Of a stretch of DNA of 64,000 bases, positions 38,469 to 51,187 are shown piece by piece; the stretch's first letter is position 1; every line of letters begins with the position of its first letter. Both the position numbers and the translations under genes were made by a program. A model generated the notes under the pieces. That model did no database searches. It was not told where the DNA came from and saw only the letters and a program-made list of their open reading frames with translations. Origin of the DNA: Octopus sinensis (lineage: Eukaryota); assembly GCF_006345805.1 (NCBI RefSeq), contig NC_043001.1, positions 49,972,001 to 50,036,000 on the forward strand. Reading direction: 5' to 3'.

Positions 38469-38876
38469 TATCATCACTTGAACATCCATGTTTTCATATA
38501 TACATGGGTCAGACAAAGTTTATTGAGGCAGATTTTCTCTGGCCAGATGCCCTCTCAGTTGGCAATCTTCACCTTTTCCTAAGCCAAGTAACATTTCGTC
38601 ATAACCAAAACCAGATATGTTTCTGTGAAAGATTGGAAATGAAAGTGATACATGTATCTACTACAGTCACATGATGTCAAGACAAAATGAGAGACACACA
38701 CACAAGCACAACAAGCTTCTTTCCGTTTCTGTCTGCCAAACCCACTCACAAGAATTTGGCTTGTTTTGGGGCTATAGTAGTAGACACTTGCTCAAAGTGT
38801 CTGCTGACAGTGGGACACAGCTTGAAACCATGTGGTTGGGAAGCAAACTTCTTAACTTCATAGACATGCCTGTGCC
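38469..38876 (-). mobile_element. SINE, type A head with (GAT)n-terminated tail
   Basis: Reverse-complement homologue of 19403-19808. Confidence 0.8.
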
Positions 38877-40146
38877 TGGATTCTCCAGTCAGTTTCAGCA
38901 TATGAGCACCTGACCTGAACAAACTACTCATTGAATTAGCATGCAAAGCGGTTGAGTATCCTGTAGATACTTGTATTCAATATAATTCTCATGGAAGATC
39001 AACATAGCAGTGTGTGACAAAACTGTACTTTTGAATTACAGGAGAAGTCTATCTGATGAGCTTGTACACAGTTTCTGTCAATCCAATTTCACTTGACAGT
39101 TTCTGTCAATCCAATTTCACTTGGGGCAATCCAAGGCTATAATAGTAAAGACACTTGCCCAAAATGCCACACAGCAGAACTGAACCTGGGACCTCAAGAT
39201 TTTAGAAGCAAATAACCACTCAGCCATGTCTGCATCCAATATAACTCTACTGCCCAACATCCTGCTCAAGACAGTAAGCCATGATTTGAGAGGAATTTAG
39301 TTGATATTTCTAGTAGATCAAGCAATACGTTGAAGTGCCATCACTGGCTTAATGAATTGGCAAAATCATAAGCACATCAGACAAAATGCTTAGTAGCATT
39401 TCTTCAAGCTCTTCTGAGTTCAAATTCCACCATGGTCAACTTTGCTTTCATCTTTTCAGGGTTAATGAAGTAAGTACCAGTTGAGCAATGGAGTTGATGT
39501 AATTGACTAACCCCATCATCCAAAATTTCAGGCCTTGTGTCTATAGTAGAAAGGATTATTATTATTGGTGGTGACTGAAGTAGTTTAACAACATCATTTA
39601 CCATGAAAATCTTTACTGACAAAGTTACTGAAAGTCTACTTCACTGTAAATTGAAAATCATTGTAAATTTACAGAAAATACTATCGGTATTTCATTCAAA
39701 CTGATAGATTTAGCAAAAAAATTCTGATAGGAACTGATAGACATTTTGTTTTGAGAATAACAACAGTGTTTAAAATTCAGAATAGCTTCAACTACAGGAG
39801 GAGCAGGACCATGAGATTAATTTTATTAAAAGCTGCAATAAGTTTAAATACACTGTAGCACTTTCCAGTAGATTAAATCAAGAAAAGTTTCCCTTCTTTA
39901 TTCTAGAACAGGGAAACTGGTGTAAAAATAATGAAGAAATGTATTCTTGAAAAATCTTAACTGCTCTAAGATAGGAGGACCCAAAATGACCAGTTGCTGA
40001 TTCTGTAAATAATGACAAAGATAATTTAAACTGGTGATGAAGACAATAAAAATCAACAGTGGCAAACTGTTGATGTGCTTATTTTCAGTTACAAATTTGT
40101 TTGCAATGTTAGCGACTAACTCAGCTTAGCTGAATCAGCATATTTA

Positions 40147-40190
<44 letters not shown>

Positions 40191-42544
40191 ACACACATAC
40201 ACATTTCCTGAAACAGGTCTTTTTGTTGTTTTTTTTAATAGCTAGAACTGGGCGTATTTTATCATGGCAAACAAATACAAATAATAATGATGTGTGTGAA
40301 AATATTACACATATACACACACATGCATAGAATCCAATAGATGAAAGAAATGAAATAGACACAAGTAGATAAAAGATAAATAAATTTGAAAAAACACACT
40401 AAAAAAGAAAAAATATATATTCCATATGTTTGTTGTTTAACATGGAGGTGAAGTAAGGATTCATTACTGTATTTAGTGTACTAAGAGATCTCAGTATAAG
40501 TGAAGTGATTGTTACTAAAACATAATAACAAATACTAATATTTGAAAACACTGTTGTAGTCATTGTTGAGTAGCCTGGTGTGTGTGTGTGTGTGTGGTCT
40601 GTATGTAAATGTATGATATAGACAGAGAACAGATGTGGACAGAGAGGAGGGGGACAGATGGAAAGAAAACAATAGGCCAACAAAGAATTCTTGAAAGTTT
40701 ATCAATGTTTCGAAATTTTCCTCAAGAGAAATGAAATATGATATGGCATAAAGAAAAATAAAACAAAAAAAGAAAAACAAACATATAGCTTAAAATAGCT
40801 TAAAATCAAAATTAAAATATATGTAGAGAGAAGAGAGGGTGACAAAGTAGGTTCGAACATTCAGTAAAAAAATAAACAAGGAAAAAAAAACAACTAGTGG
40901 CTTACTGCTATAGCATATAATAATAATCTAACTAAGCACAGAGGCCAAACTGCAGCTGCTTATTTCACAGTTATTAAACACATTTGCATTGAAAAACCTT
41001 TGTTCTTTTGTTAAAGCTAGTTATTAAAAAATATAAGCTGTGTGGTAGCGAAATTATTGGATGTAGAAAGAATGAAGGGTCAATGGGAGGTACGAAATAT
41101 AAAAACATATTTTCATTGATAATTTGAATACTATTTTTCTACAATAATAGTTTGAGTTTATAGTGGGATGGAGGCCAATAAGACTAGGGTAATTGGTGGT
41201 CCAACTTTAGCAGCTGAAGATTAAGACTTAACAGATTATCAACAAAATCTGTCAGAAAGAAGGAAATAGAAAATATCTAAAGCTTGAGTGACAGACAGTC
41301 AGCTGAAATTGCTAACAAAGGACTATATTAACACACACAGACAATCTTCAGATAATTTTGTTTTCTAATACAGCTAGTCAACACTAACCTTAGCAAAAAT
41401 TATGTACACAAACCAAACGAAACTATTACTGCTCATGTAGACTTTAAATAGCGCAGAGTTGCAAAATTACTTTAATTCTGGGTATTTTCTTATTTAACTA
41501 TTCCTTGCCAAAACCTCCCAGATTTTCAACTAAAGGCTCATTGATACTTGAACGTTCATGCATCCGTCTACATAATATATGTCTCTTTAATCATTTTGAT
41601 ACCATATTTCTGTGCCCCAGCATGGCCACAGCTCATTAGCTAAAACTGGAAAATCAAAATCAAATCAAAAATAGTTGCTGCTTTTGTTTCAATTAATTTT
41701 GAAGATAATGAAGAATTTGGTAAAATAATTTTCTCATTATTAAACTGGGGTCTGGAACAAACTTTCATAAAATTTTGAGAGATTATAACTTAGACACTTT
41801 AAAACAGTAAGATTACGTCATAAAAGGTTGGGCAGTCTAAATCATGTTCATATCAAAAGAGTTAATTATTCAACACAATTAATTATTCAACACAAACATA
41901 ATCAAAATAATCAAACATTTAGATTTTTTGTAACTAAATATATCTACTAATTGTATAATTAGTGCAACAAATTACAAGCCATAGCAGCATGTAATCTCAG
42001 AAACTAAAAGTCAAACGAATCCTATTCAGTTATGCAGTACTACAATCTATGGGAGGTGGTACAGAAAGCTGGTCACAAGGTATGATCCATCAATTAAAGA
42101 ACTCAACCAAGCCAGCTAACTGACAGTCATTCGAGTGTAAAATAGAATGCCTGACAGTATTTTGTCCTGACTGAGCTGTGTTCAAATCCTACTAAGAAGG
42201 TCAACTTCATCCTTCAGTTTTTTTGGGGTTGATATAATACATGGCAATGGATTAGTGAAATTGTAAGAACATTGGACCAGGTGTCTACCACAAGGTATTT
42301 GTTTCAGCTCTTTGCATTCTGAGTTCAAATCCCACCATCACCTCCCCAGGTGGTAGACAATCCACTGCCTGGTTTAACACCACCAACTAATAATCTGGGC
42401 ACTCATAGTGGAATCATGTCTGTTGCAAGCATTTAAGGCAGGTCTCCAGTTGGAGGATACTTTCCTCATTCCCTTTCACCACTCTCAGAGATTCTGTTGT
42501 AAACAACCATGAGCCTGCCTTCCCTCTTGACTAGAAGATATTGA

Positions 42545-42730
42545 TTTCAAATTTGGCAAATGGCCAACAATTTCAAGAGAGGGGCAAAGTTGATTACAAT
42601 GATCCCCAGTGTTCAACTGGTACTTATTTTATTGACCTTGATAGAATGAAAGGAAAAGTCAACCTTGGTAGAATTTGAACTCAGAATGTGAGGATGGATG
42701 AAATGCTAACAATTCTGTTAACTCACTGCC
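42545..42730 (-). mobile_element. SINE type B, older variant
   Basis: ccccagtgttcaactggtacttattttattgacc...gaatttgaactcagaatg. Confidence 0.75.
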
Positions 42731-42794
42731 TTCTTGACTAAAAGATATTAAACACACACACACACAAATGTTGCTACAAGTCATGTTAGAAATA

Positions 42795-42955
42795 TGATTT
42801 GTTCTCTGTAACTTAGTTCAGCAAAAGAGACCAATAGAATAAGTACTAGGCTTACAAAGAATAAGTCCTGGGGTCGATTTCTTCAACTAATACCCTTTAA
42901 AGCAATGCTCCAGCATGGCCACAGTCAAACGACTGAAACAAGTAAAAGAATAAAG
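42795..42955 (+). mobile_element. SINE type A, 3' half
   Basis: gtaacttagttcagcaaaagagacc...gactgaaacaagtaaaagaat. Confidence 0.85.
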
Positions 42956-43002
<47 letters not shown>

Positions 43003-43005
<3 letters not shown>

Positions 43006-43215
43006 TTCGAAACGTTTAGTAGATGAAACTTTAGCGACTGAAGAAGGGGATTTTTCGTTGTGCTTATTGTCCTGTATCTCCTTTTTTTTTTTTGCCTGTC
43101 TTGTTCCTTGGTTTGTGTCTATGTTTTTCGTCTCTCTATGTGTTCGACGTCTTTTTGGTGTCCTGTACACATATATGCGTGTATATGTACATGTAGAGGT
43201 AGGTACGTACATATA
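43003..43215. mobile_element. (TA)n-embedded repeat fragment, possibly a Penelope-like terminal segment
   Basis: CpG-rich ~210-bp block between two (TA)n tracts; begins tccttcgaaacgttt, which looks like the 3' half of a hammerhead core. Confidence 0.4.
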
Positions 43216-43242
43216 TGTTTATATATATGCATATATTTTATT

Positions 43243-43278
<36 letters not shown>

Positions 43279-44591
43279 AAACTAATATCAACTGTTTGAT
43301 GACTTTTCTTATACAAGGCAGGTTCGAAGTAAAACTAATCTGAATCCTTAAACTTCTGAAAATGGTCTCAATAAAGGATGACAGGTTGTTCTTCATAACA
43401 TTTCCCCTGACAAAGAATGGAAAGGAAATGTTAGTTGCCAACTGAATTTGAACCTAATTCTATCACTATACTCCTAAATCCCACTGACAGATGATTGATG
43501 GGTGAGAAAATTGAAACTGCATCCAAATGGTACTGAACTTCTGTTATTGTAGTAAATCTTACAAGCAAAAAAAAAAAAAAGAAAAAAAAACTGAAAGGCA
43601 TAAGAAAATTATTTAGAAATGTAGAAATGCTGTTGAGAGGTGGGACTGAACCCCACATCAGATACCCTGCTTTACTTCACTTCACTCACAGAAAATGGAA
43701 TAAATGAAGGAAATGTTATTGCAGCTCCTAACAAATATTGATTTGTTGGCAGAAATTGGATACCTGACCCAAGGTTTATTAGAGAAGTAGAAATGAAACT
43801 GTGATATTCATGCTTTCCAAATGAAATGATTACATCTTGGAACCAAAACCTTAGGTTACCAGTTATAGAACTACAAACAAAAAGCTCTCGGTTGAGACTG
43901 AACCTACAAGAACCTGAGTTCATCTAATAAGATGACTGGCAGGTAAACAGAGCAAAATGAAGTGATATCAAAACTACCAACTGAAATTGAGCCTACCTCC
44001 TCTGCATAACTGATTCAGTAGAACTAGTTACTTTTTGACTTCACCTGAGACTGACAGACAACAAAAATAAAGGGAAGTGAAATTTGAGCTGGCAACTGCC
44101 ACAATGAACAAATATAGCTACAGCTTACCAATTGACAGCTTAAGGAAGTGAAATATGAGCTTCACACAGGGATTGAATGAGATATATCAAAAGAGAGATG
44201 AAAAGTGAACTTATTTGATTCTAGTAAGTAGGTCCCTTGCTGTGAAGAAGTAGATATAGTTAAACTATCAGTTTTTCCATGGTCATAAAAAAAAAAAAAG
44301 AAAAAAAAATTATGACTAGTTCAGCTTTACTTCAAGCATCATCAGTCAGAGATTGGTGACTCATTTTGATCACAGAAGGAATAGTAAGTTATAGCTATTT
44401 GTAGCATTTACACACTGCTGAATTTCTTCATAAACTGTTATTCCACATCATGCATAGAATTTATATATATATCATAGCTACTGTTTGCCATTAAAGATCT
44501 TTACATCCATACATCCCTTCAAGTAGCTCCACTGGATAAAATATTAAAATACCTTTAAAAAAAATCATTTTGTTGGAAAATACACACACAC

Positions 44592-44930
44592 ATTCATTTT
44601 ACTGTCCACTTTTCCATGCTAGCCTAAGTTGGACAGAGTTTATTGATGCAAATTTTCCATGGCCAGATGGCCTTCCCTGTTGCCAACCCTCACCTGTTTC
44701 CAAGTGAAGCAATATTTCTCCATGCAAGACATGTCCTCACAGAATCACAGCTATCCCATGATGCCAATAAAGGATGGACGGACGGACAGACACACACACA
44801 CACACAGAGGCTTATTTCTGTATACCAAATCTATACAGAAGGCTTTGATCAGCCTACAGCTATAGCAGAAGACATTTGCTGAAGAACCATGTGGTTGAAA
44901 AGCAAAACCTGTGTCCATATAGCCACACCT
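44592..44930 (-). mobile_element. SINE, type A head with (GAT)n-terminated tail (internally deleted)
   Basis: tgtccacttttccatgct...gatggccttccctgttgccaaccc...ggctttgatcagcc...ccatgtggttg. Confidence 0.75.
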
Positions 44931-45282
44931 ATGATAAACAGGTTAGTCATTTCAGGGTCCCTAATGGCTTTGTTAGCATTTCATGTTTTTACATATAGAC
45001 TTCAAATTTCATCACGGTTGACTTTATCTTCCATTCTTTCAGTTGAATACCGGGGTCGATGTAACTGATTTATTCCTCCAAAAAAATTGCTGGAGAAAAA
45101 AAAACACTTAGCAGCATTTCTTCTGGCTTTACATTCTGAGTTCAAATGCAGCCAAGGTCAACTTTACCTTCCATCCTTTCAAAAGTCAATAAAATGAGAA
45201 CTAGTTAAACACTAGAATTGATACAATCAATTTATCCCTCCTCCAAAATTACTAGCCTTGTGTCAAAATTTGAAAACATTAT

Positions 45283-45322
45283 CATTGTTATTATTATTGT
45301 TGTGTTGTCATCATTATCATTG

Positions 45323-45353
<31 letters not shown>

Positions 45354-45495
45354 TGCTATTATTATTATTATTACCATTACTCTTATTATTACCATTACTC
45401 TTATTATTACCATTACTCTTATTATTACCATCGCTATTATTATTATTATTATTATTATTACTATTATTATTACCATTGTTGTTGTTGTTATTAAT
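45283..45495. repeat. (ATT)n microsatellite with 18-bp sub-repeats
   Basis: Seen directly; source of the poly-L/poly-Y/poly-I ORFs. Confidence 0.97.
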
Positions 45496-47001
45496 GCTGC
45501 TGTTGCTAACTAAATATGATGGCTGACTTTAGAAAAAATGTTTAAAAAAATGAAAGATCAAGATTCTCTTAAGTACAAATCAACAAGCAAATATCAAGAA
45601 AAAGCAATAAAATTTTTAAAATACACTAACAACAACAATTAATAAAAAATATTAATAGCAACAACAACAACAACAATATACTGAATGAAGTATCTTAAAA
45701 ATACGAATATATAAAAATTAAATCCTCAAATGGTTTTCATTCCACCTAAGTGACATTAATTTATCAAATGCAACTTGGATTAGTTCCAACTTGTGGATAT
45801 GGCTTGTAGTTATTGTAAGTAGCCTTGGTGCTTTTTGGGAGAGGATGGTAAAAGCGGTAGCAGTAGTCATTGTTGTGGTAGTGGTTGATGTCATAGTTGT
45901 AGTATGTTGGTGATGATGGTAGTGGTGGTTGTATACTTAACATTTCTCAGATGAAAATTATTTTATTTACTTATTTTTAGTTTTTAATGTTATTTATTTT
46001 TCATTTTTGTTTGTTTTGTTTACTCTTTTGTCAGTCAGAGCTAAACCAATTCTATGGAAAGTTACAAGTTTAAAACTTCAAAGTGACTGTTAAAAAATAT
46101 TTGTTAAAAAATGGCATAAATCATATAAAGTGATGGTAGTGGTGAAGTTGATGGTGGTGATAGTGGTAGAGAATAAGGAAGAAGAGGACAACAGCACAAC
46201 TTAAATCAACAGTAAATTTGTTTTTCTAGGAGTAAAATTTGCGATAAACACAACTTGTCAGTCAGTTGATGCATTCTTATCTTTTAAAAGAGAGTCCAAC
46301 ACTCACAAATAGCAAGAATCTACAGAACTTGTGCAGCATTTGAAATGCAAGAATTTGTGCTGAAATCATGCTGCAAAAAGAGAAGCAGGGAAGAAAATGG
46401 ATGAGAGAATATAAATTACTGGACTGCCAGCACATAGGTCATGAGTTCAAACTCAAGGCAGATGTTTCTGGTATGTCTGTCTATAAAGTAGAACACCTAA
46501 ATTCCACAAGCCTCACTCAGCCTTCCCAACTGGAGGATAAATGTTATGTCTAGGAGATACAGGTTCACATCCACTTAACAGCATAAAACACAGCTGTAAG
46601 CAACCTTTCTCTTAACAGAATCCCTGGGGCTTTTAGGGGGAGACAATACAAGAAGAACTGTAAAGCAACCCACTCTTTTTTTCGTTCTTTTTTTACAACT
46701 TATTAGTCTCAGACAGTATTAAATTACTAATATATGATATTACTGACACTTTCCTCACATTCAGACAATTGACAGGAAGTAACATTCATGTGATAGGAAG
46801 TAGTTGAATTTTAGTAAGGCACCCACCGCATTGTTTAATTTTCAACTATAGGAATGTTTTGAAATACACACTAGCAGTAATTGATAAGATTTCATAGAAA
46901 ACATAAATTGATTTTTTTTTTCTGGAAGGAATGACAGAACACAGTATGAATGACAAGAGAGACACAAGTGAGTGTTTGCATGGAGATGGTATGAGAACAA
47001 C

Positions 47002-47235
47002 AAGGGCGTCGAACTGGCAGAAACGTTAGCATGCCGGGCGAAATGCTTAGCAGTATTTTGTCAGCCGCTATGTTCTGAGTTCAAATTCCGCCGAGGTTAA
47101 CTTTGCCTTTCATCCTTTCAGGGTCAATTAAATAAGTACCAGTTACGCACTGGGGTCGATATAATCGACTTAATCCGTTTGTCTGTCCTTGTTCGTCCTC
47201 TCTGTGTTTGGCCCCTTGTGGGTAGTAAAGAAATA
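47002..47235 (+). mobile_element. SINE type B, full length, with 14-bp TSD
   Basis: Flanked by ggtatgagaacaac at 46988-47001 and 47236-47249. Confidence 0.95.
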
Positions 47236-47854
47236 GGTATGAGAACAACTAGATCTTCTAAGCAAAAGCCACAGAAATAGTGGTGGTGGTGGAAAAGTTT
47301 TTTTTAACCCTTTGACCATCCAAAACATTTTCATAAGTTATTCCAAACTTGCTTACAGACTTTTAGTTAGCCCCAGTTTCATATGTTCTGAGTAATATAA
47401 AGCTTTCCTTTCATAAATCCCAAGTTACTCTGGTGATTGAAAACATGAAATGTATGTCACATATGATGCACAGACACCAAAGAAACAGGACTTCTGTATC
47501 ACAGGTAATACAAAAGACAGGTAAAGGGTTAACTTGCTGCTTAAACTGAAACTATAGTCCTAATGTCTAAATATCGGTCATAGAAGCAGTGTTGTTCATT
47601 TCCAGTGTTCTGTGAGAACATGTCTGACCACAAGGAAATAGTACTTGGTGACAAGAAGGATATTTAGCTGCAGAAAATCTGCCTCAAACTCCATCTGACT
47701 CATGAAGGGCTGGAAAAATGAACATTAAAACTATGATGATGATGATGGTGGTGTCCTCATCATTTATTGTTTGATTTTCATGCTGGCTTAGGCTGGAAGG
47801 TTTGACAGGAGCAAGCAAGTGTGTGTGTGTGTGTGTGTGTGTTTACTTATTACA

Positions 47855-48183
47855 CACATAAAGACCACTTTTGGTCATGAATGACCATGGGATTGCACCT
47901 AGAAAGCTACCCTCCAAGGCACAAGTCTAGGCAGGGTTGTTTATGGAAGACCAGCAGTCACCCATGCATACCAGCTTCCCCTCTCCATGTCAACAATGTT
48001 CTCCAAGAGAAAGAAAAGGCCGATACAGCTTGACACCAGTGATGCCGCAACTAACTTCTACAGCTGAGTGAACAGGAGCAATGTGAAATAAGTGTCTTGC
48101 TCAAGAACACAACACATGGCCTAGTTCAGGAATTAAACTCACTACCTCATAGTTGTGAGCTTGACACTAGACACTGAACCATG
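47855..48183 (-). mobile_element. tRNA-derived SINE of another type
   Basis: tRNA-like head at the right end (reverse complement catggttcagtgtctagtgtcaagctcac...gagtttaattc); body includes gcaatgtgaaataagtgtcttgctcaagaacacaac. Confidence 0.65.
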
Positions 48184-48746
48184 TTATACACATATACATG
48201 TTACACACATATACAGGCACATATTTGGATATGCATATATAAATCTAAATAGATATGCACAATTTAGGCACATACACACACACACACAACAAATAATAAT
48301 TTACCGTAATTAACATGGTGACTTGTCAGTGCAATTAGCCACTCATCCCATACACACAATTACAATGGCTCCGTTAATAGTATCACAATCAAAACCACCA
48401 CCATCATCAATAAAATAACTGAACAGACTCCACTCTAGATGGTTATAAGAAATGTAATCCAAATGTTAGCAAAAGGGCATAGCTGTGATATATATAGAGA
48501 GAGGGTTTAAAGGATTAGCAGTCTGAGTAACAACACTGCAAATTGGAAAGACCACTAAAACTAATTTCATTAATCAAGAAATTAATGTAGTGCTATTTTG
48601 GTATAGAACTGGAATATTACTTTGGTTTATTTGTCTTCCTCTCATAAGGTCATTAGGTGTTGCATTTTTGCTGAGCTCTATTTTTGTATTTATATGAATT
48701 TATATTTGTGCATATAAGTATGTGTATGTGGAGTATATATGCATGT

Positions 48747-48905
48747 GTGACTGTGTGGTAAGTAGCTTGCTTACCAACCACATGGTTCCGGGTTCATTCC
48801 CACTGCGTGGCACCTTGGGCAAGTGTCTTCTACTCTAGCCTCGGGCTGACCAAAGCCGTGTGAGTGGATTTGGTAGACAGAAACTGAAAGAAGCCCGTTG
48901 CATAT
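48747..48905 (+). mobile_element. SINE type A head
   Basis: ctgtgtggtaagtagcttgcttaccaaccacatggttccgggttc...gaaactgaaagaagcccg. Confidence 0.9.
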
Positions 48906-49084
48906 TTGTTTACATACATATGTAAAGGTAAGATCCAAGGATCAAGGTGTAGGAAGTTAGTAAACTTCGAGCAGTCCATAGAAGGTATAAAAACAACTTT
49001 CAGGAACAATAGTGGTTTATTGATGTAAAAATTTCAAGGTTCTGCTAGCTAGGAAATGCACAAAGCCTGGATTCTATCGACTAC

Positions 49085-49305
49085 ATTCTCTAAATTTGGA
49101 GATTATATATAATGTGACTGCGTGTGTACCGTTGGCGATTTTTTTTCCTCTGTCTTCCCTTCTCTGGATCTTTCCTTCTCCTATGTTTCCGACGAAGAGT
49201 TCCGCTTGAAACGTTAAACCCTCCTTCTTTCCTGAGCATCCAATAATACTATATTTGTTCCACGTCCTCGTGTTGTTGTGTTTTCTTGTGCTTTCATGTT
49301 TGAAT

Positions 49306-49310
<5 letters not shown>
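49085..49310 (+). mobile_element. (TA)n-adjacent Penelope-like terminal repeat with hammerhead-like core
   Basis: 49185-49219: gttt-ccgacga-agagttccgctt-gaaacgtt-aaac, resembling CUGANGA...GAAAC with a palindromic stem III. Confidence 0.55.
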
Positions 49311-49336
<26 letters not shown>

Positions 49337-49554
49337 TCATCATCATCATCGTTTAACGTCATCCATATGTATATGCACATACATATACCAGCACAGGTGT
49401 TGGTGCATGGTTGAGAAATTTGCATTACATGGTTTCAGGTTCAGTCCCACCATGTGTTACCTTGGGCAAGTGTCTTTTACTATAGCCTCAGCCCAACGAA
49501 AGTATTGGGAGTGAATTTGGTAGACAGAAACTGAAAGATGTCCATTGTATATAT

Positions 49555-49851
49555 TGATTAATGTGTTAGTGTGTAGAGTAAAGCACTGGCACAGATGGGC
49601 TACCTGGTGTCATCCACAGTTGGGGTCAAAACGATCATTGTACAAAATAAAGACTAATACCAAATCCATCTTCTGGTTAATATATATATATATATAATAA
49701 TTGATATAATGTATATATAATTGATTAAGTACCCAGAAGATGGATTTGGTATTAGCCTTTATTTTGTACAATGATCGTTTCGATCCCAACTGACACCAGG
49801 TAGCCCAAACTGTGCTAGTGCTTTACTCAACACATTAACACACTAATTAAC
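49555..49851. repeat. Long inverted repeat (~125-bp arms, ~50-bp AT spacer)
   Basis: Left arm ...gggctacctggtgtc...aacgatcattgtacaaaataaagactaataccaaatccatcttctgg is the reverse complement of the right arm (49730-49851), apart from a few mismatches and a 6-bp insertion. Confidence 0.95.
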
Positions 49852-50335
49852 ATATACTCATTAATCCAAACCATTACATAAACACACACACACACACACA
49901 TATATATAAAAATACACATTTATGACACCCTCCTTATTTCCTTTTATGGCAACCTACCTTCTAATGCTTTCATTGGTCATTTTTTTTTGTTTCTTTTTTT
50001 CAACTTGCCATGATGATTCATTTGTTCAACTTCATGCAACAATGTAAACAACATATAGGTAATAGCACCTGAAGATTAGCTAAGCTAGTTCTATGTATGA
50101 TGCAACTTACATAACAATCATTGTCTTAGCTATGAAATAATTGTAGTCCATATTTTATATGTTCTATTCCTTACTTTCTTGGATTTTTATTCGCATTTTT
50201 AGCAACTTTAGTTGCTGAACAGTGAGTTGAATGGTGGCTGTCAGCTTATTGAAGTTTTCTGTGATTTCCATATGGGACGAACTGTGTAACTTACAATGTT
50301 GAAAAAACCTTATTTTATCATTTAAAAAAAATTTA

Positions 50336-50524
50336 TTTACTTGTTTCAGTCATTTGACTGTGGCCATGCTGGAGCACCGCCTTTAGTTGAGCAAATCAAC
50401 CCCAGGACTTATTCTTTGTAAGCCTAGTACTTATTTTATCAGTCTCTTTTGTCGAACCACTAAGTTACGGGGACGTAAACACAGCAGCATCAATTGTCAA
50501 GCGATGTTGGGGGGACAAACACAA

Positions 50525-50587
<63 letters not shown>

Positions 50588-50646
50588 TATACATATATAG
50601 GACGGGCCTCTTTCAGTTTCTGTCTACCAAATCCACTCACAAGGCT
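50336..50646 (-). mobile_element. SINE type A, 5'-truncated, well preserved
   Basis: Close homologue of 8884-9180. Confidence 0.92.
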
Positions 50647-51154
50647 ATTGTCTACCTCTTGTCATTTATACTAACAGAATACATGTCCAAAGCTTATTAA
50701 CTAACTACACTTGGATCTCTGAATCATACATTTGTGCATGTGTGCAAGCATAGAAAAGTGTATGTTAAAAGAAAAAAAACGATGAGTGTGTGTGTGTAAT
50801 TTATTACGAATATTTTAAAAAGCTCTTCAGAGATATTTTAAAAAATTGTGTTAATGTTTTTTCTTCTAAAAAAGATGGAAGCAACATAGCAAAAAAAAAA
50901 AAAGAACAGAAGGGGAGATGACCAGTGAGAATAATAGGAATAAAAGGAAGAAAATAGAAGGCAAATAAAAAAAGTATATGATGGGAAGAAAGAAGGGAAA
51001 AAAGAAAGATTCAAGCTTAAAAAGTGATACATATAACAGTTTCCAGTTGTCATTAGAGAGAGATTACAATACAATTTCACTTTTCAGACAAAGCATTAAC
51101 TGGTTTCAACATTAGACATGTGGTGTAAATGAATAGCTACCTAAATGATGTGAA

Positions 51155-51187
<33 letters not shown>

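Noticed and set aside
39068-39123. 28-bp exact tandem duplication (also 23 bp at 14028-14073 and ~25 bp at 22619-22680)
   Set aside because: Ordinary slippage or repair duplications, with no sign of function.
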